A DNA stretch of 17,609 nt from a virus (IMGVR_UViG_2675903413_000002:1-17609); one strand, 5' to 3'. Shown: positions 1 to 9,069, counted from the stretch's first letter. Numbers and translations: made by a program. The notes: a model not told the origin generated them from the sequence alone.

Positions 1-1734
1 ATGAAAGAAAAAAAATTCGTTAGTGAGCTTTTCCTTGAAAATGGGCAGTTTATTTTAGTCGGTTTGACAGGTCGAACTGGTTCTGGTTGCACAACAACAG
101 CTAATATTCTTGAAAACGAAAAAACAGTCTTCCCTGATGTAAGTAAATTACAGGGGTTTTACAAGGGATTGGATGTCCATCGTTATAATATAGTTAAAAA
201 ATTCGCAGAAAATCACTGGGAAAATTTTTACTCAATTAAGGTGAGTGACCTAATCTCAGCGTATCTTCTGATGTTAACAGCTGAGGAAGCTTCTGAATTC
301 ATTCTATCATCTAATAAATCTATCAGTAAAGAGCATTTAGATATTGTATTAACTTTTGGTGTATTCTCAGATAATCTCATTTTGACAAGATTTAAAAATG
401 TAATTGAGAATTTGCTTGATCATAATAGTGAATTGAAGCTTGATGAAAAAACGATTAATAAATTTATATCAATTTTGAAGTTAGTTAGAAAATTTACTAA
501 AGAATTCAAAGCTGAACTAAATGAGATAAACTCAAATTTATATGTTTCAGCCTATCAGTTAGCAGGTAAGTCAATTAGACGTCGTGGGCGTATTGAAGTC
601 GATTTTGAAGATAAAGAGTTTATGCCTAAATCTGTTTTTCATTTGCCGGAAACTATTAATAGGGTTATTAAATTAATAAGAAAAAGCAAAAGAGATAACG
701 CATTAATTGTCATAGATGCTATTAGAAATCCATATGAGGCAAAATTTTTTAAGGATAGATATTCTGCATTTCATTTAATGTCAATAAATGCCCCGGATGA
801 ACATCGAACAAACTATTTGCGGAAACTACATAAGTTTTCAGAAAAGCAGATAGAGGAAATAGATTCTGTAGAGTCAGGTAAAGGTGATAACTCTTACAAA
901 CATCTCACCAATCCAAATGTAACTAAATGTATTGAACTATCAGATATACACATTTTTAACCCAAAAAATGAATTTGATAATGACAATATTTTAAAAGCAC
1001 AATTAGCGTGGTACATCGCACTGATGAAGCATCCTGGTCTGATAACACCTACTGCAATGGAAAGGGTTATGCAAGTTGCGTATACGGTAAAATTAAACTC
1101 TGGCTGTATATCTAGACAGGTGGGAGCTGTAGTAACTGATGGTGATAATTCAATAAAATCAGTTGGTTGGAATGATGTTGCCAACGGTCAGATTCCTTGC
1201 TCTATGAGATCTCTAGATGGCCTAATGAACGATTTTGATGAAAAAACGTACAGTCATTATGAGAGAAATAATAGTTCTTTCAGAATTAAAGCTAATGAGA
1301 AACTCTTAAATTTTAGGGCGATAGATAAAACTGGTGATATTTATAGAGGCAGGAACTTATCTTATTGTTTTAAAGATATACATAATGATCTTGATAAAGA
1401 GAAAAAAGGTAATCAAGTTCATACACGTGCATTACATGCTGAGGAAAACGCATTTTTGCAACTTGCAAAATATGGTGGTATTGGCGTTCTGGGGGGGAAG
1501 TTGTATACAACTGCCAGTCCCTGTGAGTTGTGTGCGAAAAAAGCTTATCAGTTAGGTATATCTGAAATTGTATTTATTGATCCCTACCCAGGTATAGCTC
1601 AAGACCATATTATTAATATAGGTAGTAAGCCACCAAAGTTAATACAATTTAGAGGCGCAATTGGGAAGTCATATCACCGACTTTATGAGCAAATTATCCC
1701 GATAAAAGATGAGTTAGAATATCTCCTTGAGTAG
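1..1734 (+). CDS. Two-domain nucleotide deaminase, AvcD/dCTP-deaminase-like putative anti-phage protein (N-terminal P-loop kinase-like domain, C-terminal dCMP/cytidine deaminase zinc-binding domain)
   Basis: 577-aa ORF starting at window position 1. N-terminal glycine-rich P-loop-like motif GLTGRTGSGCTT (nt 61-96) with Cys where the Walker A Lys normally sits. C-terminal HAEENA (nt 1435-1452) and PCELC (nt 1519-1533) match the H(A/C)E...PCxxC zinc-binding signature of dCMP/cytidine deaminases. Gene is visibly AT-rich relative to the prophage backbone. Confidence 0.6.
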   Translation: MKEKKFVSELFLENGQFILVGLTGRTGSGCTTTANILENEKTVFPDVSKLQGFYKGLDVHRYNIVKKFAENHWENFYSIKVSDLISAYLLMLTAEEASEFILSSNKSISKEHLDIVLTFGVFSDNLILTRFKNVIENLLDHNSELKLDEKTINKFISILKLVRKFTKEFKAELNEINSNLYVSAYQLAGKSIRRRGRIEVDFEDKEFMPKSVFHLPETINRVIKLIRKSKRDNALIVIDAIRNPYEAKFFKDRYSAFHLMSINAPDEHRTNYLRKLHKFSEKQIEEIDSVESGKGDNSYKHLTNPNVTKCIELSDIHIFNPKNEFDNDNILKAQLAWYIALMKHPGLITPTAMERVMQVAYTVKLNSGCISRQVGAVVTDGDNSIKSVGWNDVANGQIPCSMRSLDGLMNDFDEKTYSHYERNNSSFRIKANEKLLNFRAIDKTGDIYRGRNLSYCFKDIHNDLDKEKKGNQVHTRALHAEENAFLQLAKYGGIGVLGGKLYTTASPCELCAKKAYQLGISEIVFIDPYPGIAQDHIINIGSKPPKLIQFRGAIGKSYHRLYEQIIPIKDELEYLLE

Positions 1735-1766
1735 AAATATTATACTCATCCTTCCTGAGGTAAGCT

Positions 1767-1798
1767 TCAAGATGATCAATAAATATTGATCATCTTGA
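1767..1798. repeat. Perfect 14-bp inverted repeat (TCAAGATGATCAAT / ATTGATCATCTTGA) with 4-bp spacer, containing two GATC sites
   Basis: Read directly from sequence, 33 bp downstream of the deaminase stop codon; no T-tract follows on either strand, so it is not a classical intrinsic terminator. Confidence 0.8.
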
Positions 1799-2114
1799 AA
1801 GTTAATTGCAGAGTCAAACTAGTAGTCAGACTGAAGCTTCGATAAAAAATGTTTTTGTTTTTTTCATTTTCTAATGACTGTTTTTTATTGGTTTCTTTTT
1901 AATGTTGCAATGCTATGCTTTTCTACTATTTTTGAATGTGGCATCTTTGATGTTTTTATACAACAAAGATGAGGGCTTATAGGTTTTTTTGTGATGTAAA
2001 AATTATCTTATTCTATAAATAAAACCTAAACTCAGTCTGAAGAGTTAAATGAGAATGGATAACCTGCTGAATATTATATTTGTAAATAGTTTGAGTTTGT
2101 TTTCATAAGTTACT

Positions 2115-3131
2115 CTATCTTAAGTTGCATAAAGGGTTTTTAGTTACCGCATCTTCAAGGTGATCGGGCGAAAAGTGGGCGTAAATCATCGTCATTTTTA
2201 TATCGGCATGGCCCAGAATATCGCGCAGCACCAGTATGTTTCCGCCATTCATCATAAAATGGCTGGCGAATGTATGACGTAGCACGTGAGTGCATTGGCC
2301 CTCTGGCAGCTCGATGCCAGCTCGCTTTACTGCTCGTTCAAAGGCTTTTCTGCACGGGGTGAATAGCTTCCCTCTGTTCTTGGGGAGTTCGTCATACAGA
2401 TCTTGAGATATCGGCACGGTGCGGTTTTTCTTACCCTTCGTCTTGGTATAAGTGATGCGGTATTTAGATAACTGATGGCCCTGCAGGTTTTCAGCTTCAC
2501 TCCAGCGTGCGCCGGTGGCCAGGCATATTTTTGCAATCAAAAGCAGACTGGGGTTTTGAGAATCAGCGCAGGCATCTAGCAGACGTTTAATTTCTTCCGA
2601 GGTCAGGAACGCCAGTTCCCCCTCAGCGATTTTAAATGTTGGCAGCCCGGCGAGAGGATTTGGTGCTGACCAGTGGCCTAGTTTTTTCAATGTGCCGAAA
2701 ACCGATGATAGGTTACGTTGCTCAAGATTCACCGTGCGTGGTTTTACTGGCGACATTAGTGTGCCGTCTTCGTTACGAACGTCACCTTTTAACCGTGCTT
2801 CGCGGTATTTCGTAAAGTCACCGGCTGTCAGTTCTGAGGCGATGGGGTCGCCTAGACCATTACAGATAATTCTAAGTTTCGCCATGAGGCGCTTGGGGTC
2901 TGCGAGTGTCTGACCATACAGGGAATACCAAAGCTCAATTAATTCTGATAGGCGTCGCCGATCATCCTTTTCACCCAACCACGGTTTTTTATTCACTTCT
3001 TCCATTGTGAAGCTTTCAAAAGCAATGGCTTCGCCTTTCGTAGCAAATTGCTTACGCACGCGCTTACCATTGCGTCCATTGGGATAGCACTCACACAACC
3101 ATTTTCCGTTCGGCTGTTTTCTGATGGTCAT
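2115..3131 (-). CDS. int: Tyrosine recombinase, P2/186-family phage integrase
   Basis: 338-aa ORF; C-terminal catalytic motifs HVLRHTFAS (HxxR) and MTMIYAH (Tyr nucleophile); N-terminus MTIRKQPNGKWLCECYPNGRNGKR is typical of P2-family Int; lies immediately downstream of the repressor gene as in 186. Confidence 0.9.
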   Translation of the reverse strand: MTIRKQPNGKWLCECYPNGRNGKRVRKQFATKGEAIAFESFTMEEVNKKPWLGEKDDRRRLSELIELWYSLYGQTLADPKRLMAKLRIICNGLGDPIASELTAGDFTKYREARLKGDVRNEDGTLMSPVKPRTVNLEQRNLSSVFGTLKKLGHWSAPNPLAGLPTFKIAEGELAFLTSEEIKRLLDACADSQNPSLLLIAKICLATGARWSEAENLQGHQLSKYRITYTKTKGKKNRTVPISQDLYDELPKNRGKLFTPCRKAFERAVKRAGIELPEGQCTHVLRHTFASHFMMNGGNILVLRDILGHADIKMTMIYAHFSPDHLEDAVTKNPLCNLR

Positions 3132-3132
3132 A

Positions 3133-3765
3133 TCAAAGGCTCTTAATGATTTTCAGTGCGCGGCCTACTACCTCAATGTCATCTAGGCCACACTCAAACG
3201 ATGAATCATCCTGATGCACTACTAATTTGTTTCCCGGAAGTCGAGTCAATTTAACAATGCTTTTTATCCCGTCAATATCGACTAACCACATACCATTTAC
3301 TGGTGGTGTTTGGTTGCGATCTATTAAATAAGAATCACCAGAAGTAGTCACCAGCAGTAGGTTGCTTGAGTCTGAGGGGAGTATGCTGCTATCAATGATT
3401 GCTTTTCCAGCATCGACCAATAAACCACCGTTGAGAGTCGCCTTGTCAATTTCAGGAGATACTAGTTCAGAAAGAGGTACAACCTTGCTGGAGTTCACGG
3501 AATTGATATTTTTTTTAGGTTCAATGTTTGGACCTGGCTCCCCCTGTCCGGTGGTTAGCCACAGTAAAGAAACTCCTGTTTCCAAGGCGCACTGAATCAC
3601 CCACTCTGCAGGAAAACTATCTCTTAAGTATCTGTTTGCCATGGTACTTTTTGATGCGCCTAAGTGATCGCAAAGTTGCTGTCTGGACTTGAAATCATAG
3701 GCTGCCATTAGTCTATGGATAGCCTCTCTTCCCCCTGTATTCTCTCCAACCTTTACCTGTATCAT
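3133..3765 (-). CDS. cI: CI-like prophage repressor (helix-turn-helix N-terminal domain)
   Basis: 210-aa ORF directly upstream of int on the same strand (stop 3133, int start 3131); HTH-like segment (SKSTMANRYLR); AGGA ribosome-binding site 7 nt before the ATG; divergent from a rightward promoter with operator-like repeats. Confidence 0.7.
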   Translation of the reverse strand: MIQVKVGENTGGREAIHRLMAAYDFKSRQQLCDHLGASKSTMANRYLRDSFPAEWVIQCALETGVSLLWLTTGQGEPGPNIEPKKNINSVNSSKVVPLSELVSPEIDKATLNGGLLVDAGKAIIDSSILPSDSSNLLLVTTSGDSYLIDRNQTPPVNGMWLVDIDGIKSIVKLTRLPGNKLVVHQDDSSFECGLDDIEVVGRALKIIKSL

Positions 3766-3777
3766 TTTTTAATCCTG

Positions 3778-3806
3778 TTGACGTATCAAATATTGGATCG
3801 TAGTAT
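3778..3806 (+). promoter_or_regulatory. Candidate sigma70 early lytic promoter (pR-like): TTGACG - 17 bp - TAGTAT
   Basis: -35 TTGACG (3778-3783), 17-bp spacer, -10 TAGTAT (3801-3806); points toward the apl/cII operon starting at 3885; spacer overlaps an operator-like repeat. Confidence 0.45.
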
Positions 3807-3825
3807 CTCGATGTATCAAATATTG
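3783..3825. promoter_or_regulatory. Two 13-bp direct repeats GTATCAAATATTG (3783-3795 and 3813-3825), candidate repressor operators
   Basis: Exact 13-bp repeat with 30-bp (three helical turns) centre-to-centre spacing in the cI/apl divergent region; one copy lies in the promoter spacer, the other just downstream of the -10. Confidence 0.4.
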
Positions 3826-3884
3826 AATCAAGTAAAACGAGATAAAACGACGTAAACCAAACCTTAATCGGGAGATACTGCACT

Positions 3885-4127
3885 ATGAGCACTGATATTT
3901 CAATTCGTGTACCAAAAGAGATGGCTACGCCTGCAGAGTTCGCGGAATGGGAAGGTATCTCCCGCGGCTCTGTGTATCAAAAAATTCATCATGGTCAGCT
4001 TGCTAAATACATGGTCAAGAAAGAAAAAAACAAAGGCCGCGTAAGCCTGCGTTATTTAATGTACAAAACCGATCAGGTCCGTGAATCCCTCGGTCATTCC
4101 AACTTCCGCGTCATTGTTGGTAAGTAA
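3885..4127 (+). CDS. Small HTH DNA-binding protein, Apl/Cox-like excisionase-regulator candidate
   Basis: 80-aa ORF, first gene of the rightward operon opposite cI, at the position Apl holds in 186; GGGAG ribosome-binding site upstream; HTH-like segment ATPAEFAEWEGISRGSVYQKI. Confidence 0.5.
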   Translation: MSTDISIRVPKEMATPAEFAEWEGISRGSVYQKIHHGQLAKYMVKKEKNKGRVSLRYLMYKTDQVRESLGHSNFRVIVGK

Positions 4128-4159
4128 GTTCAATTATGAGAACTTTCTAAGGGGGTAGC

Positions 4160-4669
4160 ATGTTTGATTATAAGATTTCCAAACACCCGCATTTTGATGA
4201 AGCCTGTAGAGCTTTTGCACTTCGTCACAATATGGCGAAGCTGGCAGAACGTTCAGGAATGAATGTCCAGACTCTGCGAAACAAACTCAACCCAGATCAA
4301 CCGCATCAGCTCAATGCGCCAGATATCTGGCTACTTACCGATCTGACGGAAGATTCAACGCTGGTAGACGGTTTTCTGGCACAGATTCACTGCCTGCCAT
4401 GTGTACCGATTAATGAGGTGGCAAAAGAGAAACTGCCACATTACGTCATGAGTGCAACCGCAGAGATCGGGCGTGTTGCTGCAGGTGCGGTATCTGGCGA
4501 TGTAAAAACCAGTGCAGGTCGTCGTGATGCTATCAGCAGCATTAACTCTGTTACACGACTGATGGCGTTAGCTGCTGTTTCATTGCAGGCCCGTTTACAG
4601 GTTAATCCTGCGATGGCAAGTGCAGTTGATACTGTAACCGGCCTCGGTGCTTCATTCGGTTTGCTGTGA
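4160..4669 (+). CDS. cII: Phage CII-like regulatory protein (186 CII family)
   Basis: 169-aa ORF (same length as 186 CII as I recall it) at the apl-cII position; GGGGG ribosome-binding site; N-terminal HTH-like region. Confidence 0.65.
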   Translation: MFDYKISKHPHFDEACRAFALRHNMAKLAERSGMNVQTLRNKLNPDQPHQLNAPDIWLLTDLTEDSTLVDGFLAQIHCLPCVPINEVAKEKLPHYVMSATAEIGRVAAGAVSGDVKTSAGRRDAISSINSVTRLMALAAVSLQARLQVNPAMASAVDTVTGLGASFGLL

Positions 4670-4676
4670 GGTGCTT

Positions 4677-4877
4677 ATGCTGACGAAAGAACCATCATTT
4701 GCATCGCTGCTGGTAAAACAAAGTCCGGCAATGTACTACGGTCACGGCTGGATCATGGGTGAGGATGGTAAACGCTGGCATCCGTGCCGTTCACAAGATG
4801 AATTGCTGGCAGAACTATCTACGAAAAAACGGGGGAACAAATGGCTATTGAAGGCGCTGCGGCGACTGTTCCATTAA
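4677..4877 (+). CDS. Hypothetical small early-region protein
   Basis: ATG at 4677 preceded by GAGGTG; 66 codons; its 3' end overlaps the next ORF by 37 nt, so one of the two assignments may be wrong. Confidence 0.3.
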   Translation: MLTKEPSFASLLVKQSPAMYYGHGWIMGEDGKRWHPCRSQDELLAELSTKKRGNKWLLKALRRLFH

Positions 4878-5182
4878 GCCCCGGTGAACGCCTGAATGGA
4901 CTTAATCACATAGCGGAATTAAGGGCGAAAGTTTTTGGCCTGAATATTGAGTCAGAGCTTGAGCGGTTTATTAAAGATATGCGTGATCCACGGGATATCA
5001 ATAACGAACAAAATAAACGAGCACTGGCAGCCATATTCTTTATGGCAAAAATTCCGGCTGAACGTCATAGCATCAGCATCAATGAGCTGACCACTGACGA
5101 AAAGCGGGAGTTGATTAAAGCAATGAATCATTTTCGTGCAGTGGTGAGCTTATTTCCCAGACGGCTAACCATGCCGAATTAA
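4841..5182 (+). CDS. Hypothetical P2-like early-region protein
   Basis: 113-aa ORF with GGGGGAAC ribosome-binding site ending 3 nt before the ATG; position between cII and the DUF2732/TraR genes matches the small early ORFs of P2-like phages. Confidence 0.45.
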   Translation: MAIEGAAATVPLSPGERLNGLNHIAELRAKVFGLNIESELERFIKDMRDPRDINNEQNKRALAAIFFMAKIPAERHSISINELTTDEKRELIKAMNHFRAVVSLFPRRLTMPN

Positions 5183-5249
5183 CCAACTAATGAAATTAAT
5201 GGCGTAAACCCGCCGGGCATCCCTTTATCTAAATTCAGGAGAATTGATT

Positions 5250-5483
5250 ATGCGTAATATTGAAATCCTCACGACTAAAACCGGACCGGATGATGCAGGG
5301 CTTAATATTTTACTGACAGAGGCTCGTCTGGAAGAACGCCGGGCAAGGGCTGAAGCAATGGCAGCTCGCCTTGATAGCCTGGCGTGTCATATCTCATCCC
5401 GTCAGCTAAACCACGTGGAAGCGGCAGAACTGCTGCGTGTGACTGCTGAAGCAATCCAGAACGAAGCGCAGGAGATCCACTAA
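5250..5483 (+). CDS. DUF2732-like small protein typical of P2-like early regions
   Basis: ATG at 5250 with AGGAG ribosome-binding site (5237-5241); the ORF-track start at 5244 is TTG and is rejected; stop overlaps the next start (TAATG). Confidence 0.5.
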   Translation: MRNIEILTTKTGPDDAGLNILLTEARLEERRARAEAMAARLDSLACHISSRQLNHVEAAELLRVTAEAIQNEAQEIH

Positions 5484-5710
5484 TGGCTGATGCAATGGAT
5501 CTCGTACAGCAGCGCGTTGAAGAAGAACGCCAGCGCCATATCCGTGCTGCCCGTGCCAAAACACCGGGCGTGTCTCGCGTGCTTTGCATTGAGTGTGAAG
5601 CGCCAATTCCGCCAGCACGCCGCCGTGCCATTCCGGGTGTGCAGCTTTGCATTACCTGCCAGGAAATTGCAGAGCTGAAAGGCAAACATTACAACGGAGG
5701 TGCTGTATGA
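5483..5710 (+). CDS. TraR/DksA-family C4 zinc-finger protein
   Basis: 75-aa ORF with CIECEAP...CITCQE (CxxC-N17-CxxC); typical of the TraR-like ORF upstream of gene A in P2-like phages; overlaps the downstream gene as ATGA. Confidence 0.7.
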   Translation: MADAMDLVQQRVEEERQRHIRAARAKTPGVSRVLCIECEAPIPPARRRAIPGVQLCITCQEIAELKGKHYNGGAV

Positions 5711-6564
5711 GCACCATCCTGAAATGGGCGGGAAATAAAACCGCCATTATGTCCGAACTGAAAAAACACCTTCCTGCTGGCCCGCGACTGGTTGAACCTT
5801 TCGCGGGTTCCTGTGCTGTGATGATGGAGACGGATTACCCCAGCTATCTTGTTGCGGATATTAATCCTGATTTAATCAACCTCTATAAAAAGGTTGCTGC
5901 TGATTGTGAGGCATTTATATCTCGTGCCAGAGCTTTATTTGAGGAAGCAAACAGGGAGGTGGCTTATTACAACATAAGGCAGAAGTTTAATTACTCCACT
6001 GAAATTACTGATTTCATGAAAGCGGTATATTTTCTGTATCTCAATCGTCATGGTTACCGTGGGTTATGTCGCTATAACAAGAGCGGGTATTTCAACATTC
6101 CCTACGGTAATTATAAAAATCCGTATTTCCCTGAAAAAGAAATTCGCGCATTTGCAGAGAAAGCCCAGCGGGCAACGTTTATCTGCGCCAGCTTTGATGA
6201 AACGCTGGCGATGTTGAAGGCGGGGGATGTGGTGTATTGCGATCCGCCGTATGACGGCACGTTTTCCGGTTATCACACTGACGGCTTCACTGAAGATGAC
6301 CAGTATCACCTGGCATCCGTTCTTGAACATCGGTCATCAGAAGGACATCCGGTCATTGTTTCTAACAGTGACACATCCCTGATCCGTTCGCTGTATCGCA
6401 ATTTTACTCACCACTACATCAAGGCAAAACGCAGCATCGGCGTAGCAGCTGGTGAGAGTAAATCTGCAACAGAAATCATCGCTGTTTCTGGGGCGCGCTG
6501 CTGGGTGGGATTTGATCCTTCGCGTGGCGTGGATAGTTCTGCCGTGTACGGAGTGCGTGCATGA
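5707..6564 (+). CDS. dam: DNA N6-adenine methyltransferase (Dam/D12-class)
   Basis: 285-aa ORF from ATG 5707 (the ORF-track start at 5647 is an upstream in-frame extension); SAM-binding FAGSCAV motif and catalytic DPPY motif ([10 protein letters not shown], nt about 6229-6258); ribosome-binding site ACGGAGGTG; stop overlaps gene A start (ATGA). Confidence 0.85.
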   Translation: MSTILKWAGNKTAIMSELKKHLPAGPRLVEPFAGSCAVMMETDYPSYLVADINPDLINLYKKVAADCEAFISRARALFEEANREVAYYNIRQKFNYSTEITDFMKAVYFLYLNRHGYRGLCRYNKSGYFNIPYGNYKNPYFPEKEIRAFAEKAQRATFICASFDETLAMLKAGDVVYCDPPYDGTFSGYHTDGFTEDDQYHLASVLEHRSSEGHPVIVSNSDTSLIRSLYRNFTHHYIKAKRSIGVAAGESKSATEIIAVSGARCWVGFDPSRGVDSSAVYGVRA

Positions 6565-8975
6565 GCCATGCTGATATGAACAACTGCAGCGGCTTTAACG
6601 AGGCCGCCGCAGCATTCTCATGGAACAGCCCGAAAAAGGCTATTAACCCTTATCTGGACCCGGCGGAAGTTGCGCCGGTTTCTGCGCTTTCAAACCTGAT
6701 CACTCTGTACGCTGCCGATAACGAGCAGGAACAACTGCGCCGTGAGGCACTGAGTGATCAGGTCTGGGAGCGTTATTTCTTTAATGAATCCCGTGATCCT
6801 GTCCAGCGCGAAATGGAGCAGGATAAGCTCATTAGCCGGGCAAAGCTGGCGCATGAGCAGCAGCGTTTTAATCCAGACATGGTCATTCTGGCGGACGTCA
6901 ACGCCCAGCCTTCCCATATCAGCAAGCCGCTGATGCAACGTATTGAATACTTCAGCAGCCTGGGCAGGCCAAAGGCTTATTCCCGCTATTTGCGTGAGAC
7001 GATTAAGCCATGTCTGGAACGACTGGAGCATGTACGCGAGAGTCAGCTATCCACTTCTTTTCGCTTTATGGCAAGCCATGAAGGGCTGGACGGCCTGCTG
7101 ATCCTGCCTGAAATGAGTCAGGATCAGGTGAAACGCCTGTCCACCCTTGTTGCTGCGCATATGAGCATGTGTCTTGATGCAGCTTGTGGCGATTTGTATG
7201 CCACCGATGACGTTAAGCCAGAAGAAATCCGCAAAACATGGGAAAAGGTGGCAGCGGAAACCCTGCGTCTGGATGTTATTCCGCCTGCGTTTGAGCAACT
7301 CCGTCGGAAAAGAAACCGCCGTAAACCCGTGCCCTATGAACTCATTCCGGGTTCGCTGGCGCGTATGTTGTGTGCCGACTGGTGGTATCGGAAATTATGG
7401 AAGATGCGTTGCGAATGGCGGGAAGAGCAGTTGCGTGCTGTCTGCCTGGTCAGCAAAAAAGCATCCCCCTATGTCAGCTATGAAGCCGTGATGCATAAAC
7501 GTGAGCAGCGCCGTAAGTCGCTGGAGTTTTTTCGTTCTCATGAACTGGTGAACGAAGACGGCGACACGCTGGATATGGAAGATGTGGTAAACGCCAGCAG
7601 CAGCAACCCTGCGCATCGCCGCAATGAGATGATGGCCTGTGTTAAAGGTCTGGAGCTTATCGCGGAAATGCGCGGTGACTGCGCCGTTTTCTACACCATC
7701 ACCTGTCCGTCACGTTTCCATTCCACGCTAAATAACGGCAGGCCCAACCCAACCTGGACAAATGCGACGGTAAGACAAAGCAGTGATTATCTGGTCGGCA
7801 TGTTTGCTGCATTTCGTAAGGCGATGCACAAAGCCGGATTGCGGTGGTATGGCGTGCGGGTGGCTGAGCCGCATCATGACGGTACAGTTCACTGGCACCT
7901 GTTGTGTTTTATGCGCAAAAAAGACCGCCGCGCCATCACTGCATTACTGCGTAAGTTTGCCATCCGTGAAGACCGCGAGGAGCTGGGCAATAACACAGGG
8001 CCGCGCTTTAAGTCTGAGTTGATTAACCCGCGCAAAGGAACGCCGACAAGCTACATCGCGAAATACATTAGTAAGAACATTGACGGGCGTGGTCTGGCTG
8101 GCGAGATCAGCAAGGAAACGGGTAAATCCCTGCGTGATAACGCTGAATACGTTAATGCCTGGGCGTCTCTGCATCGTGTTCAGCAATTCCGCTTCTTTGG
8201 CATTCCGGGGCGTCAGGCTTACCGTGAACTGCGATTGCTGGCTGGTCAGGCGGCAAGGCAACAGGGGGACAAAAAAGCAGGTGCGCCGGTACTGGATAAC
8301 CCGCGCCTTGATGCAATCCTGGCTGCTGCTGATGCTGGTTGTTTTGCCACCTACATCATGAAGCAGGGCGGCGTACTGGTTCCCCGCAAATATCACCTGA
8401 TCAGAACCGCTTATGAAATCAACGAAGAGCCGACCGCCTATGGCGATCACGGCATTCGTATTTATGGCATCTGGTCACCCATTGCAGAGGGCAAGATCTG
8501 CACTCATGCAGTGAAGTGGAAAATAGTTCGTAAGGCCGTTGACGTTCAGGAGGCGGCAGCCGACCAGGGCGCTTGCGCCCCTTGGACTCGTGGCAATAAC
8601 TGTCCCCTTGCTGAAAATTTGAACCAACAAGGGAAAGACAAATCAGCTGATGGGGACTCCAGAACGGATATTACCTGTATGAATGACAAGGAGTTGCACG
8701 ATTACCTGCACAGTATGAGCAAAAAAGAGCGCCGGGAACTGGCTGCAAGGTTACGCCAGGTGAAACCGAAACGGCGTAAAGACTACAAACAGCGAATTAC
8801 AGACCATCAGCGACTGCAGCTCGTGTATGAGCTGAAGTCCAGAGGATTTGATGGCAGCGAGAAAGAGGTCGATTTACTCCTTCGCGGAGGCAGTATTCCG
8901 TCAGGAGCAGGCCTGCGTATCTTCTATCGGAACCAGCGTTTGCAGGAAGATGATCAGTGGCGGAACCTGTATTAA
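6561..8975 (+). CDS. A: Replication initiation endonuclease, P2 gpA-like rolling-circle initiator
   Basis: 804-aa ORF; HUH-type motif VHWHLL and paired active-site tyrosines in SYIAKYISK (Tyr codons at 8052-8054 and 8064-8066); located after the TraR-like and dam genes as in P2-like phages. Confidence 0.9.
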   Translation: MSHADMNNCSGFNEAAAAFSWNSPKKAINPYLDPAEVAPVSALSNLITLYAADNEQEQLRREALSDQVWERYFFNESRDPVQREMEQDKLISRAKLAHEQQRFNPDMVILADVNAQPSHISKPLMQRIEYFSSLGRPKAYSRYLRETIKPCLERLEHVRESQLSTSFRFMASHEGLDGLLILPEMSQDQVKRLSTLVAAHMSMCLDAACGDLYATDDVKPEEIRKTWEKVAAETLRLDVIPPAFEQLRRKRNRRKPVPYELIPGSLARMLCADWWYRKLWKMRCEWREEQLRAVCLVSKKASPYVSYEAVMHKREQRRKSLEFFRSHELVNEDGDTLDMEDVVNASSSNPAHRRNEMMACVKGLELIAEMRGDCAVFYTITCPSRFHSTLNNGRPNPTWTNATVRQSSDYLVGMFAAFRKAMHKAGLRWYGVRVAEPHHDGTVHWHLLCFMRKKDRRAITALLRKFAIREDREELGNNTGPRFKSELINPRKGTPTSYIAKYISKNIDGRGLAGEISKETGKSLRDNAEYVNAWASLHRVQQFRFFGIPGRQAYRELRLLAGQAARQQGDKKAGAPVLDNPRLDAILAAADAGCFATYIMKQGGVLVPRKYHLIRTAYEINEEPTAYGDHGIRIYGIWSPIAEGKICTHAVKWKIVRKAVDVQEAAADQGACAPWTRGNNCPLAENLNQQGKDKSADGDSRTDITCMNDKELHDYLHSMSKKERRELAARLRQVKPKRRKDYKQRITDHQRLQLVYELKSRGFDGSEKEVDLLLRGGSIPSGAGLRIFYRNQRLQEDDQWRNLY

Positions 8976-9069
8976 TTACGCGGGTTAACAATTCGTGCTC
9001 TTAATAATACCAGGCATATCAGGCTGATGAACGTAAAAAAACGTTTTACATCAGTAAGATTATTATATA

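Noticed and set aside
894-1555. ORFs 894..1184 (minus) and 1334..1555 (plus) inside the deaminase gene
   Set aside because: Fully embedded in the 577-aa deaminase ORF, which has coherent domain motifs; no independent support.
1766-1774. 9-mer TTCAAGATG shared between the left palindrome and 16447-16455, as possible att cores
   Set aside because: A single 9-mer match between two regions of several hundred bp is expected by chance, and the flanks do not match.
5302-5689. Minus-strand ORFs 5302..5685, 5406..5618 and 5480..5689
   Set aside because: Antisense to the well-supported DUF2732/TraR/dam genes in a GC-rich region; no ribosome-binding site; compositionally biased translations.
5647-5706. 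Upstream start at 5647 for the methyltransferase
   Set aside because: It would overlap the TraR-like gene by 64 nt in another frame; ATG 5707 has a GGAGGTG ribosome-binding site and gives a typical Dam N-terminus.
7944-8450. Minus-strand 168-aa ORF, and other internal ORFs (6690..7031, 7047..7298, 7395..7616, 7174..7491, 7783..8022, 8080..8361)
   Set aside because: All lie within the gene A coding region, whose assignment is strongly supported by its Rep motifs; typical spurious ORFs of GC-rich sequence.
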